Shown here one piece after another: positions 12,381-22,776 of a stretch of DNA of 64,000 nucleotides. The notes beneath the pieces were generated by a model, which was not told the origin of the DNA, did not search any database, and was given only the letters and a program-made list of their open reading frames with translations. This stretch comes from Macrostomum hystrix (Eukaryota; Animalia; Platyhelminthes): the NCBI GenBank assembly GCA_950097015.1, contig CATNEN010000039.1, forward strand, positions 11,222,001 to 11,286,000. The letters run 5' to 3'. Position numbers and translations under genes: made by a program. How positions within the stretch are numbered: position 1 is the stretch's first letter; each line of letters starts with the position of its first letter.

Positions 12381-13560
12381 CTAGAGCTGCGGTGTCGCGC
12401 AGGGGGATCCGGTGGTGCCGGCGTCCGCAGCGCGGTCCTCCTCCGGAGTGTCCAGGAGGTGGAGGGTTGCTCGCCCGGTGGCCCTCAGGTATCGGACGAG
12501 CTGGCAGATGTTCTCAGGCCTGAAAACGTCGGGGAGATCCGGGTTTGGGCCGAGATAGGTGAGCCGGTCCTGAGTGAAGGCGGGGCAGTCGCAAATAAAA
12601 TGCTCTGCATCCTCAACATAGGAGAGGCAGAAGGGGCATTCCTCACTGCGGATTTTGCCTTGCAGGAAGCGGTGCCTGGCGAAACAGCCATGGCCAGAGA
12701 GGGCCATGGTGACTGCCCTGATGTCCTTGCGGTTCAGTCCAAGCAAGGCTTTGCGAAGGGCAGTGGAGGGACAAGGGACAGCAGCGCGAGACTGCCGACA
12801 ATCGGCGGTATTGATCCATCTGTCCTTGTGCTTTGAGGTCACCCACTGGTTAATCCGAGTGTTGACGACGGCGGTAGGGGTGGAGACCGCAGGCACGGGG
12901 CCAAAAAGCGAACCCGTCGAACCGGCCTTGGCGAGGCTGTCGGCCAATTCGTTACCAGGGTGGCCAGAGTGCCCTGGAATCCACCTTAGGGACACCTTGT
13001 TTTGGGTCCCTAAGCGGTTGAGTTGCGCGACGCAGTCAAGGACTGTGCGCGAGCAGGTGTGCGTGCGTCCAAGGGCATGGATCGCCGCCTGGCTGTCCGA
13101 GTGGAGGAAGATTTCTGCTCCATGGACGTTTTGGTAGATCAGCTCCAGGGCGCAGGAGCTGATGGCCAGAACTTCGTTCTGGAAAACAGTAGAGTTTATG
13201 CCGGTGTGCTGGGAGAAGGTCGCCACAGTTTTCCCTCCGGACATAATGCAGTAGCCGAAACCAGAGACCGAGTTGATTTGCGATCCGTCGGTGAAGCAGT
13301 GAATTTCACGGGGTTGGCCGTGGTCACGTACTTCCTGGCGAGGCGGAATGCTGGTTTTGAATTTTTGCGGTGGGCACAGCGTCGACGGGATTCCGTCGGA
13401 GAGAATTTTGAGACCTCCTGCTGCGTCCAGGTCCCGTAGGCTGAGGTCGCCATGGGGCTGGAGGTTCCGCTTGCTGAAGGCAAGTTGCTTCCGGATGGAG
13501 ATACCCGCGTCCAGAAGACGACGAGCCGTCTTCATCGCCTCCCCCTTGATAAAAAGATGT
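12381..13560 (-). CDS. LINE ORF2, C-terminal part: RNase H + CCHC knuckle (out of frame with RT)
   Basis: [41 protein letters not shown]; CPFC-x7-H-x4-C. Frameshift near 13558. Confidence 0.9.
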
Positions 13561-16072
13561 CCAGGAAGGCATTCATGCCAGCGAAGGGAGTGGAGGGTGC
13601 CGCACTCATGATGGCTCGACAAGCACGGCCCTGCACCTTGTTTAGGGCCTCCAGGACCCCTTTGGTCTCCAGGGCACTATTCCAGATGAAGCCGGCAAAA
13701 GAGATGGCCGGTCTTACAATGGTAGTGTAAATCCACCAGAGACGGCGGGGGGTGAGGCCCCAGGTGGCGCCGAAGGCTCTGCGAATCTGCGCGAGCGTCG
13801 CAAGAGCTTTACGGGTTTTGAATTTGACGTGAGGTGTCCAGCTCAACCTGTGGTCGAGGATGACACCTAAGCATCTGGTTTGCTTCTCCATGGCGATTGG
13901 TTTGTTATAGAGAAGGAGAGGCTCAATCCTCCAGTTTCGTTTGCTGGTGAACATAATGGCGACGGTCTTGGACTCAGAGAGTTTGAGGCCGCAGCCATTG
14001 GCCCAGCGTTCGGCACGGTGGATGAAAGCTTGCAGAAGGTCTCTAAGGACCGGGGGAGACGGTCCGGCCACGGTGGCGGTGACGTCGTCAGCATAGCCGA
14101 TTTTTTGGACCGGGTCCGGGTCAGGGCTGCAGAGCAGTTCGTCCATGACAAGGTTCCAAAGGATCGGACTGAGAACGCCACCCTGCGGGCCTCCCTTCTG
14201 GACATTCACAGAACGGGAGTGTCCAAGCAGGTGCGAGGTGGCAGTTCGGTGAGAGATCATATACATGATCCAGCGGGTGAGGTGCTCGTGCGTAGCCCGG
14301 CGTTCCAGGGCTCGCCTAAAGGCTCCGAAGAGCACATTGTCGAAGGCACCATCAATGTCGAGGAAAAGCGAGAGAGCAAAACCGGTGCCAAGCACGGCGC
14401 GCTCCAGCTTGTCGACAATGGCATGCAGAGCACTTTCGATGGAGCTTCCGGATCGAAAGGCGTGCTGGTTGGCGGAGAGCGGGGAGTTCCTCAGCTCAAC
14501 GTGAAGGAGGCGCCAAAGAACAAGCCTTTCAAGCAGCTTAAGAAAGAAAGATGTTAAGCTGATGGGGCGGAAGGCTTTGGCGGAGTGGTAGTCTCCCTTC
14601 CCAGGTTTGGGGATGAAGACGATAGTGGCTTCCTGCCAAGACCTGGGTACGTACCCGAGGGTGATACAGGCCTTGAACAGGTTGCAAAGGAGGCCGAGGA
14701 ACCTGTCATTTTTTACCGCTTCATGTAGGAAGGCGGGGTAAATGTTGTCAGGTCCAGGCGACTTAAAAGGCGAGAAGGAGTTAGCAGCGCGAGCTGTCCG
14801 TTCTCTAGTGATAATAGTTGTCGCAAGGATGTGTCCACCCGGAGTGTGGTCCGGCGGGTCCTGAAGCGGCGCAGTCTGGGGGAAGGCGCTGGCGAGCATG
14901 ATGTCCAGCGATTCGCCAGGATTCTCAGCAAGCCGGCCGTCCGGTCTTTTGATCACTGAGAGCTTCGACATTTTGTCAAGAGTGAGCGCTTTTACAACGC
15001 GAGAAGTTGGGCGGGCGCCCTCCAGCTCGGAGCAGTATTGGCGCCACTTTTCGGACTTCGCTTTCCTGGTGTCACGCTTAAAGTCACGAATCGCATTCTG
15101 GTAGGCGGTCAGGTCAGCTGGGTCTTTGCTTTTCCGCGCAATCCGCTGGAGGGATTTGGCCTTTCGCCGGAGGGTTCCAAGCGCTGGGTTCCACCAGGGA
15201 GCGGATTTTTTGCCTTTGTAGGCTTTAAGAGGGCAAGAGGTTTCATGAGCTGTCAAGATGGTCATGCTGAGTAGATCAGCCAGATCGTCCACTTCTTGAC
15301 AGGTGGCAGGAACAACGGATTCTAACTGGTTGGTCTGGCGCTTCACGGATTCCGCAAAGGCCGTCCAGTCAGTATTCCGGGCGTTCCTTCTCCACAGAAT
15401 ACCAGGCTTGGAGTAGGAGCTTAGCAACCGGAAACGAATGAAGCGATGGTCAGACAGAGATTCCTCTTCGTCCCACACCTGCCAGTTCCTAATCAGAGGG
15501 ATCAGGCCCTGAGAGGCGAGGGTGGCGTCAAGGACCTCCGTCCATCGTCCATTGTCAAAGGTGGGTGTGCCACCCGAGTTGCAGAACTCAATATTGGTGG
15601 TGCAGATGTAGGCAAGGAGATCCTCGCCTCTGCAGTTGGAGGTAACACTGCCCCAGTGGGTGTGGTGGGCATTAATGTCGCCTGCCACCAGCAGCTCAAA
15701 GTCGCGGTCTGAGCAGTAGTCCACGAGGGAAGTGAGACTGGGCGGAACCGCAGGACCGTCACCAGGAATGTATATAGAGGCGATGATGACGGTGCGGTTC
15801 GGGAGAATGTGGTTGGTTTGGATGACACAGAGGTCTTTGTCAGAGAGGTCTGGTCTATACCAAGCTTTAAGATCGGTAGTCGCGAACACAGCAGCCCTGG
15901 GGTTTTGGGGCATGAAAAAACAGTCAAAACCAGCAGGAATGTTCGGAATCTTACCTTTCTTCGTCCAGGGCTCTTGGAGGAGGATGATGCCCGGTTTTTC
16001 GAAGTCCACCACACGCGCCAGGTTGGTCGAGGCCGCGATGCAGTGGTGCAGGTTCAGCTGCAGGAAGCTCAC
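13532..16072 (-). CDS. LINE ORF2, N-terminal part: apurinic endonuclease + reverse transcriptase
   Basis: APE motifs LQLNLHH, LLQEPW, GDINAHH, LDATL, SDH. RT motifs [40 protein letters not shown]. Confidence 0.95.
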   Translation of the reverse strand: MSFLQLNLHHCIAASTNLARVVDFEKPGIILLQEPWTKKGKIPNIPAGFDCFFMPQNPRAAVFATTDLKAWYRPDLSDKDLCVIQTNHILPNRTVIIASIYIPGDGPAVPPSLTSLVDYCSDRDFELLVAGDINAHHTHWGSVTSNCRGEDLLAYICTTNIEFCNSGGTPTFDNGRWTEVLDATLASQGLIPLIRNWQVWDEEESLSDHRFIRFRLLSSYSKPGILWRRNARNTDWTAFAESVKRQTNQLESVVPATCQEVDDLADLLSMTILTAHETSCPLKAYKGKKSAPWWNPALGTLRRKAKSLQRIARKSKDPADLTAYQNAIRDFKRDTRKAKSEKWRQYCSELEGARPTSRVVKALTLDKMSKLSVIKRPDGRLAENPGESLDIMLASAFPQTAPLQDPPDHTPGGHILATTIITRERTARAANSFSPFKSPGPDNIYPAFLHEAVKNDRFLGLLCNLFKACITLGYVPRSWQEATIVFIPKPGKGDYHSAKAFRPISLTSFFLKLLERLVLWRLLHVELRNSPLSANQHAFRSGSSIESALHAIVDKLERAVLGTGFALSLFLDIDGAFDNVLFGAFRRALERRATHEHLTRWIMYMISHRTATSHLLGHSRSVNVQKGGPQGGVLSPILWNLVMDELLCSPDPDPVQKIGYADDVTATVAGPSPPVLRDLLQAFIHRAERWANGCGLKLSESKTVAIMFTSKRNWRIEPLLLYNKPIAMEKQTRCLGVILDHRLSWTPHVKFKTRKALATLAQIRRAFGATWGLTPRRLWWIYTTIVRPAISFAGFIWNSALETKGVLEALNKVQGRACRAIMSAAPSTPFAGMNAFLDIFLSRGRR

Positions 16073-16107
16073 CCCAGGAGGGGCGGTCCGTGCGGCTATC
16101 TGCTGGC

Positions 16108-17595
16108 CTACGGCGAGTTGTTCAGGAGCGATTCCTCGTCCTCGCCGGTGTTTTGCCCGAGCTCCATCGGTTCCTCCTGAATCGGATCCAGAGTTGAGGC
16201 CGGGGCTGCCGCAACAGCGGCGTCCGTGTCCTCAACCCGGTTTTCCGCTGGGGGTTCCGATGAAACATTGGGCCGGGTGGTGCTGCGGTGGCGTCCACTG
16301 TTGGGGTCCGACAGCTGTCTGGCGCGCTGAGTCAAGCCAGCACGGATGGTGTTGCGGGCGGGTTTCCGGCCCTTACCACGTCCGCCTGTCGTTGCGGCTC
16401 GCGCGGCTTTGCCCCTGATAGGGTCCGCATCCTCGGAGTGGTCGTGACGATCAGGAGTCTGTGTTCCAGGGCGCAGGGGCCCGGCAGAGCTCTGGTTCGT
16501 CCGTTTCCGCTTTTCCGGGGGCGGCGGGCGAGTGGCGTCGGACTCGAAGCTGAAAATCTGCATTCGAGTGAGGCCTGCACTGATGTAGGACATGTCTGGG
16601 CAGCGGAGCATCCAGCTGTCCGACAATCCTAGGATGGCCGTGAAACCGTCTCCACCAGGTCTGGTGATGGTTTCATGAACCACGACACCGTTTGCTGGCA
16701 GATCCGGGTGGATTGCCAACAGCAGGCGGCGCAGTTCTCCGGCGTTGGTGATGGCGCTGCGAGCTGGAATCCAAACACGATGACGGTGTGTCTGGGGGCG
16801 CTCGTCCTCCCTGTAGATAAACAGGTTGCCCATTTCCGTGCCCCAGTCGAAGGATTTCAGCATCTCGAGGAGTTGCTGTCCGGACTGGTTGTCGGCAGGC
16901 TGGACAATGAGGGCTTGGTCCTGGATGTCGGTCTTCAGGACGTGCAGTACAGTGCCGCTCAGTGCCAGTTTGACCAGATGGGAGTCCAATCTGCGCCAGA
17001 TCTGGTCGAGTTGCGCTGTTGTGAGGGGCGTCTCCTGGCCTCGGATAACCAAGGCCGGCTGCCTCTTTGCCATAGCAGCGTAAGTGCGCTTTGGCCTTGT
17101 GGTTTGGCCGGCGCCTCCCGCAACGGGCCCCCCAGCAGTCGTCGGAGTTTCCGGATGACTGTGAGAGGTTCCGCCGCGAGAGGAACCGGATGCCCCAGAG
17201 GCCTGGGCGGCACTTTTCCGCGCTTCCGGATTTCCCGGACGGCGCGAGGAGTCCGCCTCCTTGTTGGGTGCCGGTTCCTCCGCGATGTTCGCAGAGTTGC
17301 CGGCCCCCTCCTCGGGGGCGGTGGTTGGCGCGGATTTCGCAGCCAACCGTACTTCCTGTTTTCGCCGCCGGAATTCCTGGAGGCGGGCGAGGCTGCGGGC
17401 TTGCGTGGAAGGGGAGCGTTTGCTCTTTGATCCAGCCGCTCTGGTGTTTTCCTGAGTGGCGGAGGAGCAGGATGAATTTTGGGCGCCGGTGGAACCGGTG
17501 TCGCCCTGGCGCTGGTCCTGAGGATCTGCGTCGCCGGCCGGGGTCGGCGTTTCAGCAGGGTCCTGGGACGTGCTGGAGCTGTAGTGGGACTCCAT
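16108..17595 (-). CDS. LINE ORF1 (495 aa; disordered/basic ends, central globular domain; no CCHC knuckle)
   Basis: ATG-initiated ORF upstream of ORF2 inside the TSD-bounded element. RVWIP...LLLAIHPDLP is reminiscent of LOA-type ORF1 (DUF4780-like), from memory. Confidence 0.85.
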   Translation of the reverse strand: MESHYSSSTSQDPAETPTPAGDADPQDQRQGDTGSTGAQNSSCSSATQENTRAAGSKSKRSPSTQARSLARLQEFRRRKQEVRLAAKSAPTTAPEEGAGNSANIAEEPAPNKEADSSRRPGNPEARKSAAQASGASGSSRGGTSHSHPETPTTAGGPVAGGAGQTTRPKRTYAAMAKRQPALVIRGQETPLTTAQLDQIWRRLDSHLVKLALSGTVLHVLKTDIQDQALIVQPADNQSGQQLLEMLKSFDWGTEMGNLFIYREDERPQTHRHRVWIPARSAITNAGELRRLLLAIHPDLPANGVVVHETITRPGGDGFTAILGLSDSWMLRCPDMSYISAGLTRMQIFSFESDATRPPPPEKRKRTNQSSAGPLRPGTQTPDRHDHSEDADPIRGKAARAATTGGRGKGRKPARNTIRAGLTQRARQLSDPNSGRHRSTTRPNVSSEPPAENRVEDTDAAVAAAPASTLDPIQEEPMELGQNTGEDEESLLNNSP

Positions 17596-17727
17596 AGGTC
17601 GCTGGAAAAAGAGAAAGAAGAGAATAAAAATAAAAACCGCTAATGGCCGGATAGACTCCCCGGACCTTTCAGCCCCTCAGCGCGGTGAGACCTTAGGCAT
17701 AAGAGGACACCTAAAGCAGTGCCAGGC

Positions 17728-18383
17728 CCGCAGACTGGCTGCGTACCCTGTTGAGGTCGAAGGGTGACACCTGTCCCTCAGAGCCGTAGCCAGAGGTACC
17801 TGATCACGCACAGGTGCACGAGCGCTGCGGACTGGCCGCATACCCTGTTAAGGTCAAAGGGTGACACCCTTCCCTCAGAGCCGTAGCCAGAGGTACCTGA
17901 TCACGCACAGGTGCGCGAGACGCTGCGGACTGGCCGCATACCCTGTTAAGGTCAAAGGGTGACACCTTTCCCTCAGAGCCGTAGCCAGAGGCACCTGATC
18001 ACGCACAGGTGCACGAAAACTGCGGACTGGCCGCATACCCTGTTAAGGTCAAAGGGTGACACCTTTCCCTCAGAGCCGTAGCCAGAGGTACCTGATCACG
18101 CACAGGTGCGCGAGACGCTGCGGACTGGCCGCATACCCTGTCAAGGTCAAAGGGTAACACCTCTCCCTCAGAGCCGTAGCCAGAGGTACCTGATCACGCA
18201 CAGGTGCACGAAAGCTGCGGACTCGCCGCATACCCTGTCAAGGTCAAAGGGTAACACCTCTCCCTCAGAGCCGTAGCCAGAGGTACCTGATCACGCACAG
18301 GTGCACGAAAGCTGCGGACTCGCCGCATACCCTGTTAAGGTCAAAGGGTGACACCTTTCCCTCCAGCCAGGGCTAGAGGTACC
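17728..18383 (-). repeat. About 6.5 tandem 97-98-bp monomers in the LINE 5' UTR
   Basis: Anchor ctgcggact/ccgcagact at 17728, 17825, 17923, 18020, 18118, 18215, 18312. Confidence 0.95.
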
Positions 18384-18425
18384 CAGTTTGGCCAGAGGCC
18401 CTGGATGGGTCATCCAGCGCTGTTG

Positions 18426-18652
18426 CCCATTCTGTCCGGCTGCCCTAGGGTCAGCCTTGAACACTCGCGGGACGTGTACCCATGGGTCAGCTGACGGGAC
18501 AGCGTGGAGGGATCCCTGCACCCGGAGGTACAGGGCTCCTTCCTGCCAGGCCTGCTCAAAAAAACGACTGCAGGTGTGAGGCATCGCAGACCTTAGCCCG
18601 TAGGCCTGGTCTGACTCATACCACACAGGCATTGTGTCCCGCCGGTGCGAGC
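18426..18652 (-). ncRNA. HDV-like (nested double pseudoknot) self-cleaving ribozyme at the LINE 5' end
   Basis: P1 GCUCGC (18652-18647)/GCGAGU (18468-18463) with G1.U wobble; P2 CCCAU (18486-18482)/AUGGG (18430-18426); P3 GGG/CCC; L3 UACACGU; P1.1 AC/GU; P4 GGCUG..CCC UA GGG CAGCC; J4/2 CAGA with catalytic C at 18434. G1 is the element boundary. Confidence 0.8.
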
Positions 18653-21057
18653 CTGCAGCTGCGGCTCCTCTTATGGCAAATTCGGTTCCTATTCAGAGGA
18701 CAATTTCAATGTCGCCTGCGCTGGTAATAGTTCTCAAGTGTGCGGTGCCAGTTACACCAACTCCATCTACGAGATCACCTACCCGTCGTGTGCGTTTCTC
18801 ACTTTTCTGCTCAATAATTCATGCGAACAGTTACCTGGATTCAATTTAGAATGTTTCTAGCTCGTACAGAAAGATTATAGGGGTTATTTGAAATGCCGAC
18901 ATTTTCCCTTCTCTGTATCTCCTAAAATATTCAATCAGTCGACAAAAACATCCAGAACACGGGCTCAAATTTTCTGCTCTATTCGATTGAAAAGCTTCCA
19001 GAATCATAAAAACAGGCATCGTCATGATATTCAGCGATTCTCATCGGAGTTATCTGGTGTCAAGAAATACAGACATAAGGCATATTTTTTATGCTTACAA
19101 AATTTCACCATCCAATCATGCCAGCCATCATTGTTGACTGTTTTTGGAAAACAAAATTGTTATTTTTTTAACCCGTATTGATTCGTCATAGAAGTTTATT
19201 CAGAGCAATGTTACTTGTTCTTGTCACCAGGGTCTTCGACGAGAGTCGCTGAATATCTGGACGATGCTAACTCGGACGGCTTTGAAAGTCATGTAGTTCA
19301 TCATGAAGGGCGGAAAATAATTATTTAGATGGTGGACTTTCACGAAAATAGGTCATCCGGTTTGGGAGCTATCGTGAATTAGTGTTTGAAATATCCCTCG
19401 TTGTCTTCCCCAGGGAGAAAATAGTGTGGTCTCTCTTACTGTTTATGAAAATGGTTATTATAATTATTTTAAGATGGCTGTGAGGCATCTATTCTCACAG
19501 CTGCTCAGGAGACCGATCCCGTAGTCAAGCAGTGTACACTCTAACTGGGCCTCGGCGTCTCAATTAAAGCTCAATTACTGTTGGTGTGAGAGTAATGTAG
19601 CATTTAAGTGTATTAAAATTTGTTAACGTCTCAGTCGGGAGGGCAAAGCTTAGGTATTGCAAACACTTCACACGGTCTGACGATGAGAATTGGTCCAAGT
19701 CTCTCTTCACTGAGGTTCGAGTGTCGTCAAATCCCACGTGCACAGAGCCCAAATACGAAATATGTAGTTATTTGACACTGATATATATACTCAGTCTCAT
19801 CCATCAACTGACAGCTCAGTCCGGCTCAACCCAGACACCGATGGAATCTGTGCCGACCGTTGCAGTAGCCCAAAGTGCCAAGAGCCACAGTAGCCAATCA
19901 GCGAGAAGCAGCATCGAGTGCATCGTTTCCTGCCACCGCAGCCCTGACTGCCTAGCCTGCTTGTTTGAGAAGTCAAACCGGGTGTGTCGCCTACTGAGGT
20001 TCGCCGCTGTGCCCAGAGAGATCGCCAAGGAGGCCCAGTGGGTCTGGCTGAAGCAGTGAAGCCACGGGCTAAAATTAAGCTATCAACGCTACACTATTTA
20101 TATTATCTCGAGCAAATAAAAGTTTTTAATAATATACCGTTACAAGAAAACGTTTTCTTGAAACGTGATGAAAAATGCCGAGCTCAGATTTCGAAGTCAG
20201 GTTTGATGCATCAAACGCTGCCGCTCCGTCACAACCAGCACAAAACTTCTAATGATGCTTTGTGTCTGTACCTTTTCAGAGATATCAAATTATGATCAGA
20301 ATATTCATTGGTACATTTAATTCAGTAGTCAACGCTGGACCTGCTGTGATGACGGCGGATGGTCTGTCTGATCTATTCGACGCGAGTTGTGCTACAGGGC
20401 GTTGTTTTTTTTTTTATAGACCGCAGACGAGACACGGAGAGACAATTGTAGAATAAGCCAGCTCAACAGTTACATTTCGTATACTTTGTCAAATTCGTCG
20501 CATCTGAGCCTAAGCTAAGCTTAGAAACTGTACAACTTTTGTACTTTGATTTCAAACTCCAGTCAATAATTAAAAAAGGCTTAGCATAAAACCTTTACCT
20601 CGTATCAATGTTATTTTATGACTTTTTCAATCGTGATGATGAAAAACGAATCAATGACGTATGTTTTTCTACACAATCCCTGCTATAGTTACTAGGCATT
20701 TCACTGCAGACAGGCCAAAATAATTATTCTACGAGTAGAAGTTAGAATTGATATAACCGAATGATAACACAATATAGCCTACAAAAGTGGTTAGGACTGG
20801 TTTAGCAAAGCCTGTTCGCGTTAGCAGTACGAGATACCCGTGCGCAGCCTTTGGCGACAAGAGCTAGTATAAAGTAAGCTGTATACACGTAAATTCTCGA
20901 CCGTCCCAAGGCACTGTACAATCATATGTTAGCATGTAATTTAAATTTAAACATAAGCAACTGTCGGCGCCTTGATCGCATCAGCGTAACACCCGTCTTG
21001 TGTGCAACAGCTCGATTCTAGGTTTACAAGCTAGAAATAGAGACTAAAGCTGTGTCA

Positions 21058-22275
21058 ATGTCCGCCTATCGGCCATTCGCGCTGGAGAGAGCCTTCGATG
21101 AGTACGAATTCCAGCCGGACATGATGCAGCTGTCCTGCTCGGATGGGGAGCCCCTGCAGCTGGCCGATCTGCTAGCGATGGCCGACGGTGAGTGTCGCCA
21201 GCTCTGGGACTCTCTGAGCCTTTCCTACACTCACGTTGGTGGTCACCCGCTGCTACTGGAGGAGCTGGCTAGGCCGGATCTGCCAACCTGCGCTGCGGAC
21301 TGCCAGATCGTGCCGGTTGTGCCCCAGGAAGGCATTCTGCTGTCAATGTTGGCGCTGTGCGACGAGATACAGGCCAATCAGAGCGAGGCTGATTTCGAAG
21401 CGATTGTAGCCTGGCCAAGTTATCAGAGCCTGCATGAGACTCTGAGAACCAGAGGAGTTCAACTGAAGCACTGGACTCTGCGTGCCACCGACGATGACCA
21501 GTGGCTTTTTGACGTCAACGAACTCAAAGAGCTAATTGGACCAAGGACGCGTCTTCTAGTAGCCAACTTTCCACACAATCCGAGCGGGTTCGCCCCCACC
21601 GCTAAGGACTGGCAGGAAATGATTCGTCTGTGCGACCAGAACGGGTTGTACTTGTTCTCGGACGAAATCTACAATGCCTGCACACGGCGAAATGGTGCAG
21701 AGCAGCAATTTCTCGCTGTGGAGCCGGCGGCAAAGCTCTACAACCGCGCCATTTCAATGAGCGGCCTATCCAAGAGCTTCGGACTTCCCGGCCTTCGACT
21801 TGGCTGGCTGGCAAGCCGCAGCGACCAACTCGTCTCAAGAATCCGCCAGCTGAAGGACTACACGACCATATGCCTACCGGGCCCTGTTGAAATCCTAGGC
21901 CTTGTAGCTCTGCGAAACTCTCACAAACTGGTCTCCCGAGTATCAAGCATCGTTGAAGAGAATCTGCTGGCTGCTCGTGAGTTTTTCCAGCGACACAGCG
22001 AACTGTTTGCCTGGCGTGAGCCAGTTGCTGGCACCACGGCTTTGGTGGAGATGCGCGCCCCTCTGCTGAATAAGTTCAACGGAAGTGGCGAAGCATTTTG
22101 CCGTACGCTGATTGAGCACTACGGAGTGTTTGTCGCATGCGCCAACCTGCTGCAGTTCTCCGATCGATACTTTCGGGTCGGTCTGGGACGGCGCGACTTG
22201 CGAAAAGTGCTCGAACAAGCGGAGAAGGCGATCGGCGCCGTGACGACCCAGGCTGATGAACGGGAGAGCTCATAG
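21058..22275 (+). CDS. PLP-dependent aminotransferase class I/II (capreomycidine synthase/VioD-like subfamily), intronless
   Basis: NFPHNPSG, LFSDEIY, SGLSKSFGLPGLRLGW (PLP Lys), FRVGLG; N-terminal PFALER..LSCSDGE; AATAAA near 22295. Confidence 0.9.
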   Translation: MSAYRPFALERAFDEYEFQPDMMQLSCSDGEPLQLADLLAMADGECRQLWDSLSLSYTHVGGHPLLLEELARPDLPTCAADCQIVPVVPQEGILLSMLALCDEIQANQSEADFEAIVAWPSYQSLHETLRTRGVQLKHWTLRATDDDQWLFDVNELKELIGPRTRLLVANFPHNPSGFAPTAKDWQEMIRLCDQNGLYLFSDEIYNACTRRNGAEQQFLAVEPAAKLYNRAISMSGLSKSFGLPGLRLGWLASRSDQLVSRIRQLKDYTTICLPGPVEILGLVALRNSHKLVSRVSSIVEENLLAAREFFQRHSELFAWREPVAGTTALVEMRAPLLNKFNGSGEAFCRTLIEHYGVFVACANLLQFSDRYFRVGLGRRDLRKVLEQAEKAIGAVTTQADERESS

Positions 22276-22776
22276 CTGCAGACCTACAAACAGTAATAAA
22301 TTTACTAAGTTTCGTGTGCTGTTTGTGCTCGATTTTAGTTAAAATTTTTTGTCCTTAGTCTGCGATCTACAAGGTTATTTCCATCTTCATGTATTCGGAT
22401 GGCACAATGCGCGTCACAGAAGGAGTATAATTTAGTCCTTTCACATAACAATTCCTTCTTTTACATTTAATAGAATTGTGTTTTCTTTACTATCAGCTTT
22501 TTAATTCAATAGTTTAAAAAAAATTATTCAGATTTCGTAAGTTTTCAATAGATCTGAGTAGATAATTAATCCAAATAAAGCTTGTCGTTTTTGCAATTTC
22601 TGGTCCACACGGTAACAGCTCTAAACTCTACTAGATTGAGGCATCTAATACCTAAAACCGTTAATAGCGCATAACTAAGTATTAAAACCTATGAAATCGG
22701 TATTCAAGCTAAAAACTACAATTAATATTTTTATAATTCTATTGTTATTGTCATGCGACTGATCAACTGCGGCCGC

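Larger units (their letters stand above)
12285..18652 (-). mobile_element. Full-length non-LTR retrotransposon (LINE), LOA/I-group type with RNase H
   Basis: 14-bp TSD CTGCAGCTGCGGCT at 12271-12284 and 18653-18666. 3' tail (TAAG/CAAG)n. Contains ORF1, APE-RT-RNase H-CCHC ORF2, and a structured 5' UTR. Confidence 0.95.
11996..20059 (+). pseudogene. Secreted WSC-domain + PAN/apple-like protein, disrupted by the LINE insertion
   Basis: Signal peptide MQFDLCLLLVACVVVG; WSC motifs YIGCFPD...C..IC...YFGVQGGTYCSCG (11996-12284). The reading resumes after the LINE as SSYGKFG...ACAGNSSQVCGA...SIY (18667-18789). Donor GTGCGT at 18790; phase-1 exon 19815-20059 with ECIVSC...DCLACLF...CRL (PAN-like); AATAAA near 20115. 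Confidence 0.8.

Noticed and set aside
12342-17597. Many plus-strand ORFs overlapping the LINE
   Set aside because: Antisense shadow ORFs of GC-rich coding sequence with no recognisable motifs.
17728-18383. Hammerhead or twister ribozyme within each 97-bp monomer (CTGAGGGAAA)
   Set aside because: Does not fit CUGANGA-stem II-GAAA spacing or the twister consensus by eye.
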